From an uncultured Clostridia bacterium (lineage in GTDB: Bacteria > Bacillota > Clostridia > UBA1212 > SIG427), in the NCBI GenBank assembly GCA_945965275.1, contig CAMFNB010000003.1, positions 1-57,709 of the forward strand: 57,709 nucleotides of DNA, given 5' to 3'. The first letter of the stretch is position 1; the number at the start of each line of letters is the position of its first letter. The notes below the pieces were generated by a model that did no database searches, was not told where the DNA came from, and saw nothing but the letters and a program-made list of their open reading frames with translations. The position numbers and the translations under genes were made by a program. Below are positions 1 through 9,711 of the stretch, piece after piece.

Positions 1-792
1 GCATACAAAATGAGAATTGCTTCAGTGACAGTGGGAACTGCCCCCTCAATGGACGGCTATGCTTCTCCTATGTCACCTTTAATCGTAAATCATGCAAAAG
101 TAACATACACCACACAGTACCCGGATGCGCTTGTCTGTGACTCGGAAATCATGCAGACTGCACCCGATGTAATGTTCAGAGCAGGCTTCGGTGATATAGT
201 CGGAAAATACACGGCTCTTGCTGACTGGCAGCTCACTGTAAAAATGAACGGCGAGTATTGGTGTGATACAACTGCAAAACTTGTGAGAAACGCGGTTAAT
301 AAGTGTGTGGATAATGCGGAAAAGTATATGAAGCACGACCTTGATGCAATTGATGACATGAACGAGGCTCTCGTTCTTTCGGGCATTGCAATGGGACTTG
401 TGGGAATATCAAGACCCGCTTCGGGTAGCGAGCATCACATTGCCCACTTCTGGGAACTTGATGCACTTAAGAAAGGAATCGAACATCCTCTTCACGGAAA
501 CTCCGTGGGCGTAGGTTCAATCGTTTCATCAAAGGCATATGAAATCATGAAAGAAAGATATGAGGATATCAGAGAAATCGAGGTTCCCACATCTGACTTT
601 CTTTGCGATATTTATAAAAAAGTCGGTTCTCCTCTGTCTCCTGAGGGATTGGGAATACCGAAGGAAGTATTCAATGACTGCATAAACAACGCTTACAGAA
701 TCAGACCGCGTTATACAATATTCAATTATGCAAAGAATGCAGGTTTCCTTCCGGAACTTGCTGACATATTAACTGAGGAGTTTTACAAATGA
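1..792 (+). CDS. sn-glycerol-1-phosphate dehydrogenase family (AraM/EgsA-like), 5'-truncated by window edge
   Basis: Frame open from base 1; motifs TAPSMDGYAS, AGFGDIVGK, SRPASGSEHHIAHFWE, LHGNSVGV. Confidence 0.85.
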   Translation, partial: AYKMRIASVTVGTAPSMDGYASPMSPLIVNHAKVTYTTQYPDALVCDSEIMQTAPDVMFRAGFGDIVGKYTALADWQLTVKMNGEYWCDTTAKLVRNAVNKCVDNAEKYMKHDLDAIDDMNEALVLSGIAMGLVGISRPASGSEHHIAHFWELDALKKGIEHPLHGNSVGVGSIVSSKAYEIMKERYEDIREIEVPTSDFLCDIYKKVGSPLSPEGLGIPKEVFNDCINNAYRIRPRYTIFNYAKNAGFLPELADILTEEFYK

Positions 793-1667
793 ATCTGATT
801 GCGGAAAATTGGAAAGATTACGAAATCCTTGATACCGGTGACGGAATGAAGCTTGAGAGATGGGGAGATATCGTTCTTGCAAGACCGGACCCTCAGGTTA
901 TCTGGAGCAAATCCAATCCGAAACTTTGGGAAAAAGCCGACGCCACATATCACCGCAGCAATAAGGGCGGCGGACATTGGGAATACAACAGAAAGATTCC
1001 GGACAAGTGGAAGATAAAATACAAAGATCTTAAATTCTATGTAGAACCGACAGGCTTTAAACACACAGGTCTTTTCCCGGAGCAGGCAGCAAACTGGGAC
1101 TGGATGTATGAAAGAATCAAAAAGAGAACCGCCGAAGGTAAAAAGGTTAAAGTGCTTAATCTTTTCGGATATACAGGCGGTGCAACATGTGCATGTGCTG
1201 CTGCGGGTGCTGAGGTATGCCACGTTGATGCATCAAAGGGAATGGTTACGAGAGCGCGGGAAAATGTTGAACTTTGCGGACTTACTGATGCGGTTGTAAG
1301 ATATATCGTTGATGACGCATTTAAATTTGTTTCAAGAGAAGTTCGAAGAGGAAACAAATATGAAGGTATAATTATGGACCCGCCGTCATACGGAAGGGGC
1401 CCCGGCGGAGAGGTATGGAAACTTGAAGAAAGCCTTAACGGCTTTGTTCAGGAAGCGTCACAGCTTCTTTCTGACGAGGCGCTGTTCTTCCTTCTCAACT
1501 CATATACAACAGGGCTTTCATCGGTTGTTACGGGAAACATTTTGAATCTTACCGCTGCAAAAGGAAGAAAGGGTCATGTTGAAGCCGGAGATTTATGCAT
1601 TCCTGTTTCATCAGACAACAGAATTCTTTTACCCTGCGGATCTTATGCCGCTTTCTTAGGTGACTGA
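789..1667 (+). CDS. Class I SAM-dependent methyltransferase (RlmI/RlmK-like)
   Basis: FKHTGLFPEQ, VLNLFGYTGG, DPPSYG motifs. Confidence 0.85.
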   Translation: MNLIAENWKDYEILDTGDGMKLERWGDIVLARPDPQVIWSKSNPKLWEKADATYHRSNKGGGHWEYNRKIPDKWKIKYKDLKFYVEPTGFKHTGLFPEQAANWDWMYERIKKRTAEGKKVKVLNLFGYTGGATCACAAAGAEVCHVDASKGMVTRARENVELCGLTDAVVRYIVDDAFKFVSREVRRGNKYEGIIMDPPSYGRGPGGEVWKLEESLNGFVQEASQLLSDEALFFLLNSYTTGLSSVVTGNILNLTAAKGRKGHVEAGDLCIPVSSDNRILLPCGSYAAFLGD

Positions 1668-1670
1668 TTG

Positions 1671-2393
1671 ATGAAAATACTCTATGAAGACAACCATATA
1701 ATTTCTGTGGTGAAAGAGCCGGGAATTTTATCCCAGGCCGATTCAGGCACGGGCGAGGATATGGTGAATCTTCTTAAAGAGGACATAAAGGAAAGATATC
1801 AGAAACCGGGAAATGTTTATGTGGGACTTGTACACCGTCTTGACAGAAATGTAGGCGGTACAATGATATTCGCGAAAACATCAAAGGGAGCATCGAGACT
1901 TTCCGAGGAGATAAGATGCAAAAGATTCTATAAGGCATATATAGCTCTTGTTGAAGGCTGTTGGCCGGAGAAGGAGAGCCTTCTTAAGAATTATCTCTTA
2001 AAAGATGAAAAAACAAATACCGTAAGCGACAACAGAGAAAAGGGTAAGGAATCATACCTGAGAGTCATTCGTCTTGCCGCAAACGATAAATATTCACTTC
2101 TTCTTGCACTGCCCATAACGGGAAGAACCCATCAAATCAGGGCACAGCTTTCCTTTGCCGGCTATCCCATAGCCGGAGACAGGAAGTACGGCAGTCATTT
2201 TACCGGCAAAACGAAGGAAGATTTCGGACTTTGGTCATGTCACGGAATAGTAAAGCATCCGACAAAAGACGAACTTATTCATGTGACATCACTTCCGGAG
2301 AGGAAGGGTGTGTGGTCGAATTTTGACGAATCACAATATGAAAAGGCTGCAAATTTCACAGAGGAGAAAATCATTAAATGGTTTACGATTTAA
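1671..2393 (+). CDS. RluA-family RNA pseudouridine synthase
   Basis: HRLDRNVGG catalytic motif, TGRTHQIR, GDRKYG; start could be the TTG at 1668. Confidence 0.9.
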   Translation: MKILYEDNHIISVVKEPGILSQADSGTGEDMVNLLKEDIKERYQKPGNVYVGLVHRLDRNVGGTMIFAKTSKGASRLSEEIRCKRFYKAYIALVEGCWPEKESLLKNYLLKDEKTNTVSDNREKGKESYLRVIRLAANDKYSLLLALPITGRTHQIRAQLSFAGYPIAGDRKYGSHFTGKTKEDFGLWSCHGIVKHPTKDELIHVTSLPERKGVWSNFDESQYEKAANFTEEKIIKWFTI

Positions 2394-3541
2394 TAGCATC
2401 TGCCGCATTCGGCGTTGAGTCAACGGTAAAAAGAGAATTGTCCTGGCTCGGAGTCGAGGATGCAAAAGCAGAAAACGGTAAAATAAATTTTAAAGGGGAC
2501 GAAGCAATGATTATGAAAGCTAATCTATGGCTTCGCACCGCTGACAGAATATATATAAACATGGGAAAATTCCGTGCCGAAACCTTTGAAGACTTATTCC
2601 AGGGTGTAAAAGCAATGCCGTGGGAGAATTTCGTAGGCAAAAACGGTGCTTTTCCCGTTTCCGGAAAGTCGGTTAAGTCAATTCTTCACAGTGTGCCGGA
2701 TTGTCAGAAAATAACCAAAAAGGCAATCGCTGAGAGACTTAAATCGGTTTATGGTGTTGATTGGCTGGATGAGGACGGACCGGAATACAAAATAGAGGTT
2801 TCGCTTTTGAATGATGAGGCAATGCTTACAATAGACACATCAGGCACAGGTCTTCATAAAAGGGGATACAGAGCAAAGGCCGGAGAGGCTCCGCTGAAGG
2901 AAACTCTTGCCTGTGCACTCATATACACAAGCAGATGGAAGAAGGACAGGGTTCTTATGGATCCGATGTGCGGCAGCGGAACTATTGCAATTGAAGCAGC
3001 TCTCATGGCGATGAATATGGCTCCGGGCCTCAACAGGCATTTTGCTTTTGAAAAATGGCCGCAGTTTTCAAAGAGCCTTTGGCAGGACATCCTGAACGAA
3101 GCAAGGGATGAAATCGACTATGATGCCGTAACAAGAATATACGCATCAGACATTGACGGCAAAGCACTTGCCCTTGCAAGAGAGCATGCAAAGAATGCGG
3201 GAGTTGATGAAAAGATAAGTTTTCAGAAGCTTGATCTTGCAGACACATCAAGCAAATACGAATACGGTTTCATTATAACGAACCCGCCATACGGCGAAAG
3301 ACTTTCGGATAAAACAGAAATCGAAAAGCTTTACAAAAAAATGGGTGCCCATTTTAAGAAATTCAAAACATGGTCTTACTACATAATCACATCATATGAA
3401 CAGTTCGAAAAGTTCTTCGGAAGACGTGCCGACAAGAAGAGAAAATTGTATAACGGCATGCTGAAATGCGACTATTATCAGTACTTTGGACCGAAGCCTG
3501 ATTTCAAAGCCCGTAAACAAGGGAATTTTGAAAAGAAATAG
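2378..3541 (+). CDS. THUMP-domain rRNA methyltransferase (RlmL/YpsC-like)
   Basis: LHKRGYR, APLKETLA, DPMCGSGT, NPPYGERL motifs. Confidence 0.9.
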   Translation: MVYDLIASAAFGVESTVKRELSWLGVEDAKAENGKINFKGDEAMIMKANLWLRTADRIYINMGKFRAETFEDLFQGVKAMPWENFVGKNGAFPVSGKSVKSILHSVPDCQKITKKAIAERLKSVYGVDWLDEDGPEYKIEVSLLNDEAMLTIDTSGTGLHKRGYRAKAGEAPLKETLACALIYTSRWKKDRVLMDPMCGSGTIAIEAALMAMNMAPGLNRHFAFEKWPQFSKSLWQDILNEARDEIDYDAVTRIYASDIDGKALALAREHAKNAGVDEKISFQKLDLADTSSKYEYGFIITNPPYGERLSDKTEIEKLYKKMGAHFKKFKTWSYYIITSYEQFEKFFGRRADKKRKLYNGMLKCDYYQYFGPKPDFKARKQGNFEKK

Positions 3542-3575
3542 TCCGAAAACCGCTTTATTTAGTGGCTTTTTTCGC

Positions 3576-3603
3576 TTGACACCACTATACGATGTGGTAT
3601 AAT
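3576..3603 (+). promoter_or_regulatory. sigmaA-type promoter of hup
   Basis: TTGACA-16nt-TATAAT with extended -10 TG. Confidence 0.8.
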
Positions 3604-3637
3604 TAGGCTATCATATTAAACGAGGAGGAACTACCTA

Positions 3638-3922
3638 ATGAATAAAGGTGAGTTAATCGAAGCAGTAGTAAAGGCTACCGGCTTAACAAAAAAAGACGGC
3701 GAGGCTGCAGTTAAAGCAGTTCTTGATTCTATCCAAGGCGCTCTTAAGAAGGGCGACAAGGTTGCTCTTATCGGATTCGGTACTTTCGAAGTTAAGAAGA
3801 CAGCTGCAAGAAAGGGTATCAACCCACTTACAAAAGAGCAGATCAAGATCCCTGCTGGTAAGAAAGTAAGCTTCAAGGCAGGCGCTGCTTTAAAGGCAAC
3901 AGTTAACAAGAAAAAGAAATAA
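3638..3922 (+). CDS. hup: DNA-binding protein HU
   Basis: MNKGELI, GFGTFEV, RKGINP motifs; GAGGAGG RBS. Confidence 0.97.
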   Translation: MNKGELIEAVVKATGLTKKDGEAAVKAVLDSIQGALKKGDKVALIGFGTFEVKKTAARKGINPLTKEQIKIPAGKKVSFKAGAALKATVNKKKK

Positions 3923-3941
3923 TTAAATTATTTTGATTTCG

Positions 3942-3977
3942 AAACACTGAACGTATTTGCGTCCAGTGTTTTTTTTT
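3942..3977 (+). terminator. Intrinsic terminator after hup
   Basis: aaacactg...cagtgttt stem followed by T tract. Confidence 0.7.
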
Positions 3978-4021
3978 GCTACAATGGATTAGCGTAAAAA
4001 TTATTTAAAGGGGTGTTAATA

Positions 4022-4225
4022 ATGGCAAAAGTAAATGAAGATATGATTATTTCCGAAGTACTTTCAATGGATAACAATACAGCACCGATTCTGTTCTCAC
4101 ACGGATTACATTGCTTAGGATGCGCTCATGCAACAAGCGAGTCTCTCAAGGATGCATGCGCAGTTCACGGAATTGATGTTAACGAACTTGTTAAGGATCT
4201 TAACGAGTACTTTGACAAACAGTGA
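4022..4225 (+). CDS. DUF1858-type small protein (hybrid-cluster-associated redox domain)
   Basis: GLHCLGC...ESLKDACAVHGID pattern. Confidence 0.8.
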   Translation: MAKVNEDMIISEVLSMDNNTAPILFSHGLHCLGCAHATSESLKDACAVHGIDVNELVKDLNEYFDKQ

Positions 4226-4243
4226 TATGTTATAAGAAACAAT

Positions 4244-4289
4244 AAAACAAAGGACGGAAGAGAATATCTTCCGTCCTTTTTATTATTTT
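4244..4289. terminator. Bidirectional intrinsic terminator
   Basis: aaaggacggaag/cttccgtccttt perfect stem between convergent genes. Confidence 0.85.
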
Positions 4290-4299
4290 ACCGTGTATT

Positions 4300-4917
4300 T
4301 TATTTAAATATATTGGTTTTTGATTCAGTACCTTTAAACAGTCTGACTAAGTTTGCGTGATGTCTTGCTATGATGAAAACAACTTCCGCGGCGCAGATGA
4401 GAATTACAGCCGGGGGCGCTGCCTGTGCAACAGCAAGATATATCACGGAACCTGTAATCGCTGACAGCGTGGATACGGACATGTACCTGGTTGTGAGCAG
4501 AAGTATTGCGAGAATTGCAAAGGCGATAAGGCCTGCAATCCAACTGATAAACCAAATTACAGACATATATACGGTAAAACCTTTTCCTCCCTTAAAACCA
4601 TACCAAATCGGAAATGAGTGGCCGAGTATTGCAAAGGCTCCGGTTATTGCCGCACAAAGCTGAAAGCTGCCGTCCTGCACCCAATAGAGAACAGAGAAAA
4701 CGGCTACGACTATTGCGGCTTTGGTAAGATCGAGGGCAAACACAATCCATGCATATTTACTTCCGAATGCGCGTTTGAAATTGGTGAAGCCCGCATTTCC
4801 GCTGCCGACTGTTCTGATATCTTTGTGATATATTCTTTTTGAAAATTCAATTGCCGGATTCCATCCGCCGATAAGATAGGCACAAATCGCGGCAATTATC
4901 AATGTTGCGATTTTCAT
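4300..4917 (-). CDS. plsY: Glycerol-3-phosphate acyltransferase PlsY
   Basis: DIRTVGSGNAGFTN, GHSFPIW-FKGGKG, RHHANLVRL; hydrophobic. Confidence 0.9.
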   Translation of the reverse strand: MKIATLIIAAICAYLIGGWNPAIEFSKRIYHKDIRTVGSGNAGFTNFKRAFGSKYAWIVFALDLTKAAIVVAVFSVLYWVQDGSFQLCAAITGAFAILGHSFPIWYGFKGGKGFTVYMSVIWFISWIAGLIAFAILAILLLTTRYMSVSTLSAITGSVIYLAVAQAAPPAVILICAAEVVFIIARHHANLVRLFKGTESKTNIFK

Positions 4918-4928
4918 TTACTGAGTCC

Positions 4929-5825
4929 TTATTTTTCTTCGCCGCAGAAGGTTATCTGCTTTCCGAAACCGAATACCGCAAAGGCATCAGGTCCGATTGA
5001 AGCACCGATGATCGGGCCGATTGTTCCGATATGTACGTTTTTACAGGGAATCTCTTTTTCAATCATTTCTTTCATAAGAGAAACTTCTTTTTCGTCACAG
5101 TCTGAATGAGCAAGGTATATTGTCTGATCTTCTGAATTGATTACTCCGTCCTTAAGAAGCTTTACGATTTCAAGCATTGAGTTGACTCTGCCTCTTACTT
5201 TTTTAAAAGCTGCCTGCGCACCTACTGCATCGGCAATGAGAATCGGCTTAACGCCCATGAGATTTCCGAAGAATGCGGATGAGCCGGTTACACGTCCTGC
5301 GCGACGGAGATATTCAAGAGTATGTACGGTAACAAACTGGTTTATTGTTTTTCTGATATTTATGATACTGTCGTTGATTTCCTGAGCATCTTTGCCCTGC
5401 TCGGCAAGTTTTGCCGCTTCAATGGCGAGCATGCCGATACCGTAGCTTGCATTCTGAGAGTCAATGCAGAAAATGCGTGCGTCAGGGTATTTTGACTTGA
5501 GACTTTCCGCAACAGTTGCACCGGTGTTTACTGAGTTAGACTGCTTCAGTGAGCATCCGATATATACGATGTCATAATCCTTCTCAAGGTATTCTGTAAA
5601 AATTCTTTCAAACTCCTGCGGAGCAACCTGTGAAGTGATGATTTTCTTGCCGTCTCTGATTAAATTATAGAATGCATGAGCTTGCTCTGCAGTCCATTCC
5701 AAAAGAGCAGGCGTGGACTTGTCGTCAAGCATTGTCGACATTTTTGCATAGTCAATATCATATTCTTTGAGTAACTCAGGACTCAGGTCCGAGCATGAAT
5801 CTGTAATTATCTTTACTTTTCTCAT
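4929..5825 (-). CDS. DegV/FakB fatty-acid-binding protein
   Basis: IITDSCSDL, TSQ, TLEYLRRAGR, KPIL motifs. Confidence 0.9.
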   Translation of the reverse strand: MRKVKIITDSCSDLSPELLKEYDIDYAKMSTMLDDKSTPALLEWTAEQAHAFYNLIRDGKKIITSQVAPQEFERIFTEYLEKDYDIVYIGCSLKQSNSVNTGATVAESLKSKYPDARIFCIDSQNASYGIGMLAIEAAKLAEQGKDAQEINDSIINIRKTINQFVTVHTLEYLRRAGRVTGSSAFFGNLMGVKPILIADAVGAQAAFKKVRGRVNSMLEIVKLLKDGVINSEDQTIYLAHSDCDEKEVSLMKEMIEKEIPCKNVHIGTIGPIIGASIGPDAFAVFGFGKQITFCGEEK

Positions 5826-5863
5826 TATGTACTCCTAACATCTTATTTAAAATGACCTAATGA

Positions 5864-5892
5864 ATTATACAAACATAACAAGAAAAAAGCAA
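5864..5892 (-). promoter_or_regulatory. sigmaA-type promoter of degV-plsY
   Basis: TTGCTT-17nt-TATAAT on minus strand. Confidence 0.6.
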
Positions 5893-5910
5893 CGACCGAA
5901 ACACCAACGT

Positions 5911-6495
5911 TTATGAATATGTTTTTATTATTTCTTCTGCGACTTCACGCTTGGAAACACATCTGTCCATGGACTGCTTTTCAAGATATTTGTGTGCTTC
6001 CGGCTCACTCATCTTGATTTCAGATATAAGCAGCCATTTTGCGTGATTTATAATACGAATTTCTTCCATTTTTTCCTGCATTGAAAGAGTTTTCTTTTCG
6101 GTTTTTCTCAGTCTTTCTCTCGCACTGGTCATCCAACGAAGAGCATTTGTAACGACTGTTTTCGTGATGGGCCTGGGAAGGGTGAAAAGGCCGTAAGGGG
6201 ATACCTTGGCATAGATTTCATCATGTACGTCAGAAGGCGTGAGAATAAGCGCAATTGTATCCTGTGATGAACACAAATCAACCCCGAACCTTGTACCGAA
6301 CTCGTCAGGAAGCGGGGCATTGATAATTACGAAATCATATGAGTGTTCGGCATATTCTCTCTTTGCCGAGGCTATGTTTGATACAATTTTGACAGGGGAA
6401 TAGTGAGCCTCAGGCAACATTGCAGAAAAATCTTTGTTGAAATTCTGCATTGCCGAGACGATAAGAACACTATAAACTCGTTCTTTCAGGCTCAT
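5911..6495 (-). CDS. ANTAR-domain antiterminator with degenerate receiver domain (AmiR/NasT/NitR-like)
   Basis: C-terminal AKWLLI...MSEPEAHKYLEKQSMDRCVSKREVAEEII ANTAR pattern after a coiled coil; N-terminal receiver-like fold. Confidence 0.92.
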   Translation of the reverse strand: MSLKERVYSVLIVSAMQNFNKDFSAMLPEAHYSPVKIVSNIASAKREYAEHSYDFVIINAPLPDEFGTRFGVDLCSSQDTIALILTPSDVHDEIYAKVSPYGLFTLPRPITKTVVTNALRWMTSARERLRKTEKKTLSMQEKMEEIRIINHAKWLLISEIKMSEPEAHKYLEKQSMDRCVSKREVAEEIIKTYS

Positions 6496-6521
6496 TGGCT
6501 ACTCCTCAAATCGTGATGCTT

Positions 6522-7733
6522 TTATTTTTTACAGTAAGTTTTTGTAATCTTTTCAGGGATATATGCTTTGATGAAATCACTGCATACCGCAATTTCGCAG
6601 GCGGCTCTGAGGCTGAGCGGGAGTCGCTTGTAATTCTCGAGAACTTCCGGAGGTGCGGTAAAAAGATTCACATCCGCAGCTTCAGGAAGAACCATATTGT
6701 TTTTAATTCCGAGAATACATGCATATATCATTAGTGAAAAAGCAAGATAGGGGTTAGCCATAGGATCCGGAGCACGGTATTCAACTCTGCGGTATTCGCC
6801 GTCAGCTGCCGGGATTCTGATAAGCTGTGAGCGGTTTTCTTTTGACCAGGAGACATATCCCGGTGCTTTGTTTTCGCCCAAACGTTCGTAGGAGTTGTCG
6901 GTGGGGTTCATGAACAAAGTCATCTCCGAAGACTTCTCAAGAATACCGGCAATCATTTTGTCAAATAACTCTGTAATGTTATCTGATTTTACAGACATAT
7001 TGATGTGGAAACCGTTTCCGGCCTGGTTCTTAAGCGGCTTTGCGGAGAAATCAGCATAAAGACCGTTTCTTCTTGCAACCGTTTTAACAACAGTCTGGAA
7101 TGTCATTGCATTATCTGCTGCTTCAAGAGGATCTGAGTAACGATAGTCGATTTCGTTTTGTCCTGGGCCTGCCTCGTGGTGAGAGCTTTCAGGCTGAATA
7201 CCCATCTGCTCAAGGGTAAGACAAACTTCTCTTCTTATATTTTCTCCTTTGTCCTCAGGAGCGATATCCATATAACCTGCCTTGTCATAAGGATTCTTTG
7301 TGGGGTTTCCGTTTTCGTCAAGTGTGAAAAGATAGAACTCCTGTTCAGCACCGAATGTGAATGAAAGACCTGCTTCCTTTGCATCTGCAACAGCCTTTTT
7401 CAGCAGGGCTCTTGTGTCACACTCGAAAGGAGTTCCGTCCGGGTATGAAATGGTTGAATACATTCTGACTACTTTTCCGTGTTCCGGTCTCCAGGGGAGA
7501 AGCATAAGCGTTCCCGGATCGGGATGAAGAAGCAAATCGCACTGTGCTTCGTCACCGAAGCCGATTACTGATGACGCATCAAATGAAATGCCGTAATCAA
7601 AAGCTCTCGGGAGTTCTTCGGGCATGATTGAAATGTTTTTCTGTTTACCAAATACATCGCAGAAGGCAATACGAATAAATTTAACGCCTTCTTCTTTAAC
7701 AAACATCAGTACGTCTTCTTTGGAGTAGTTCAT
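6522..7733 (-). CDS. Glutamine synthetase type I-like protein (short, flap Glu apparently replaced)
   Basis: FDASS, GAEQEFYL, HHEAGPGQNEI, GNGFHIN, NRSQLIRIP, EYRAPDPMANPYL. Confidence 0.88.
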   Translation of the reverse strand: MNYSKEDVLMFVKEEGVKFIRIAFCDVFGKQKNISIMPEELPRAFDYGISFDASSVIGFGDEAQCDLLLHPDPGTLMLLPWRPEHGKVVRMYSTISYPDGTPFECDTRALLKKAVADAKEAGLSFTFGAEQEFYLFTLDENGNPTKNPYDKAGYMDIAPEDKGENIRREVCLTLEQMGIQPESSHHEAGPGQNEIDYRYSDPLEAADNAMTFQTVVKTVARRNGLYADFSAKPLKNQAGNGFHINMSVKSDNITELFDKMIAGILEKSSEMTLFMNPTDNSYERLGENKAPGYVSWSKENRSQLIRIPAADGEYRRVEYRAPDPMANPYLAFSLMIYACILGIKNNMVLPEAADVNLFTAPPEVLENYKRLPLSLRAACEIAVCSDFIKAYIPEKITKTYCKK

Positions 7734-7756
7734 ATGTTTCAGCCTACTTTCTGTAA

Positions 7757-8479
7757 TTAGTTTGCAACATACATCTGCTTGTAAGGATTTTTTGTGTCCG
7801 GAATTACAACAGTGAATGTTGAAGCAAGAACATTTTCTTTATTATAACCGAAATGGTCACAATATTCACTAATCAAAGGCTTAATTTCTTCCAAATCTTC
7901 TTCAGTTGCGATTTTTGCGTTTACCTGACCCGGAAATTCCACGTCTGTGCAGTCTGAACGGAGAAACATTTTACCGCCGTGCATGCCGGTGCAGGGGAAA
8001 TTGCCGACAATTTTTTTGTCCCCCCGGTCAAGACCGAGTACAACAATTGTACCGCCGGCCTGATACTCACCGAGGAAGCTTCCTGCACATCCGCCGATGA
8101 CGAGTGCCGGTTGCTTTGTTTTGTAAGCCTTCATATGGATTCCGGCACGGTAGCCGGCATTTTCTTTGACGAAAATTTTACCGCCTCTCATTGCGTATCC
8201 TGCGGCATCGCCGATATTTCCGTGAACGATGATTTCGCCTTCGTTCATTGTGTCACCGACAGCATCCTGTGCATTTGCATGAACGTTGATGGTTGCACCG
8301 TTAAGATACGCACCCAGTGCATTACCGGGAACACCGATAATATCGATTTTCTTATCTGCCATACCTGCAGCTATGAAACGCTGACCGCAGCAGTTCTCAA
8401 TTTGAACTTCACTTCCTGCTGCTCTGAGTTGCTCATTTAATTCTTTATATTCAAAATCCTTTGCGTTAATTGTATTCAT
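7757..8479 (-). CDS. Glutamate synthase GXGXG beta-helix domain subunit (GltB3-like)
   Basis: Repeated GNA/GD/GYAMRGG/GEYQAGG glycine-rich beta-helix motifs. Confidence 0.9.
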   Translation of the reverse strand: MNTINAKDFEYKELNEQLRAAGSEVQIENCCGQRFIAAGMADKKIDIIGVPGNALGAYLNGATINVHANAQDAVGDTMNEGEIIVHGNIGDAAGYAMRGGKIFVKENAGYRAGIHMKAYKTKQPALVIGGCAGSFLGEYQAGGTIVVLGLDRGDKKIVGNFPCTGMHGGKMFLRSDCTDVEFPGQVNAKIATEEDLEEIKPLISEYCDHFGYNKENVLASTFTVVIPDTKNPYKQMYVAN

Positions 8480-9711
8480 TATTGAAGCCCTCCAAATATC
8501 TTCTTTCGCTCTTCCTTAGAGAAAATCAGTGTTGACGCACCTTGCCTTAGAGCCTCAAAATCGAGAGTATCAAGGGGAACCTTATTCTTAATGAGGGAAG
8601 TGTAGATGCCGGCACGCTCATTTTTACCGATAATGATGAAGCCCTTGAGGACATTGTCTTTTGTGAAGATTCTCTTGATGAAATCCTCTCCTTTTTCCTC
8701 GTAGAGCTCGCCTTCGTATGTTCCTGCTGTCATGGCATGGAGACCGAATAATCCGAGAGAGTTCATCGGGATTGCATCTTTCTGCTCCTTTTCACCGCCT
8801 GCCATGTTAACACCTGCGGTATATCCCTGCATATATGCATTCGGTAAAAGTGCAAGCACTCTCTTTCGGCCGAATGAAACATCAAACCCTTCTGTACAGT
8901 CGCCTGCGGCATATACATCATCAATTGAAGTTTTCATTTTCTCGTCGACGATGATGCCTCTGTTTACTTCACCGCCGAGATCTTTTACAAGACCGACATT
9001 GGCTCTTACACCGACTGCGAGAACAAGAACATCAAATTCAATCTCAGAGCCGTCCTGCATAATTGCTCTGTTCTCTTTGAACTCGCTTGCACTGTTGCCT
9101 AAGATGAATTTGATTCCCTTTTTCTCAAGATGCTTTTGCATGATACCTGCACACTCCGCATCAAAAATACTCGGTAGTATGCGGTCTGCAAGATCACAAA
9201 CTGTGATAGAGGCAACTTTTTCAAATATGCCTTCGGCACACTTAAGACCAATCAAACCGGAACCGATAATGAGCACCTTCGATTCCTTTGTGACGGCAGC
9301 CCCAAGTGCGTTTGCGTCATCCAAAGTCATAAATGAAAACTTGTTTGTCACCTTTTCAAGGCCCTTAAACGGAGGGACGAAGGGACAAGAACCTGCAGCC
9401 ACACATACCGAAGAAAACGGAAGAGCGGAGCCGTCGTCAAGCACAACCTTGCCTGACTTCTTATCAATACTTACGGCTTTTTTACCGTACAGCACCTTGC
9501 AGTTATTCTGATCATAGAAATCTTCGGGACGATAGTTAATATGATCAATGTCAGTTTTACCTTCCAATAAATATGAGATAAGAGGTCTGCCGTATACGAA
9601 ATGATTTTCTGCAGAAACAACAGTAATGCCGGACTCTTTGTCTGAGCTTCTGATTCCTTCAATACAACCGACGGAAGCTACGCCGTTTCCGATGATTACA
9701 TATTCACTCAT
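8479..9711 (-). CDS. NAD(P)H/FAD-dependent oxidoreductase (probable electron donor to glutamate synthase)
   Basis: IIGNGVAS and IIGSGLIG Rossmann motifs, TSIDDVYAAGDC. Confidence 0.85.
   Translation of the reverse strand: MSEYVIIGNGVASVGCIEGIRSSDKESGITVVSAENHFVYGRPLISYLLEGKTDIDHINYRPEDFYDQNNCKVLYGKKAVSIDKKSGKVVLDDGSALPFSSVCVAAGSCPFVPPFKGLEKVTNKFSFMTLDDANALGAAVTKESKVLIIGSGLIGLKCAEGIFEKVASITVCDLADRILPSIFDAECAGIMQKHLEKKGIKFILGNSASEFKENRAIMQDGSEIEFDVLVLAVGVRANVGLVKDLGGEVNRGIIVDEKMKTSIDDVYAAGDCTEGFDVSFGRKRVLALLPNAYMQGYTAGVNMAGGEKEQKDAIPMNSLGLFGLHAMTAGTYEGELYEEKGEDFIKRIFTKDNVLKGFIIIGKNERAGIYTSLIKNKVPLDTLDFEALRQGASTLIFSKEERKKIFGGLQ

Noticed and set aside
1-5825. G1P dehydrogenase near plsY/degV as an archaeal-type lipid pathway
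   Set aside because: Different operons and strands; AraM-like enzymes are common in Firmicutes; no GGGP synthase in the window
8732-9511. 259-aa plus-strand ORF, and similar long antisense ORFs (21706-22368, 26606-27256, 31736-32275)
   Set aside because: Shadow frames opposite well-supported genes, with no recognisable motifs
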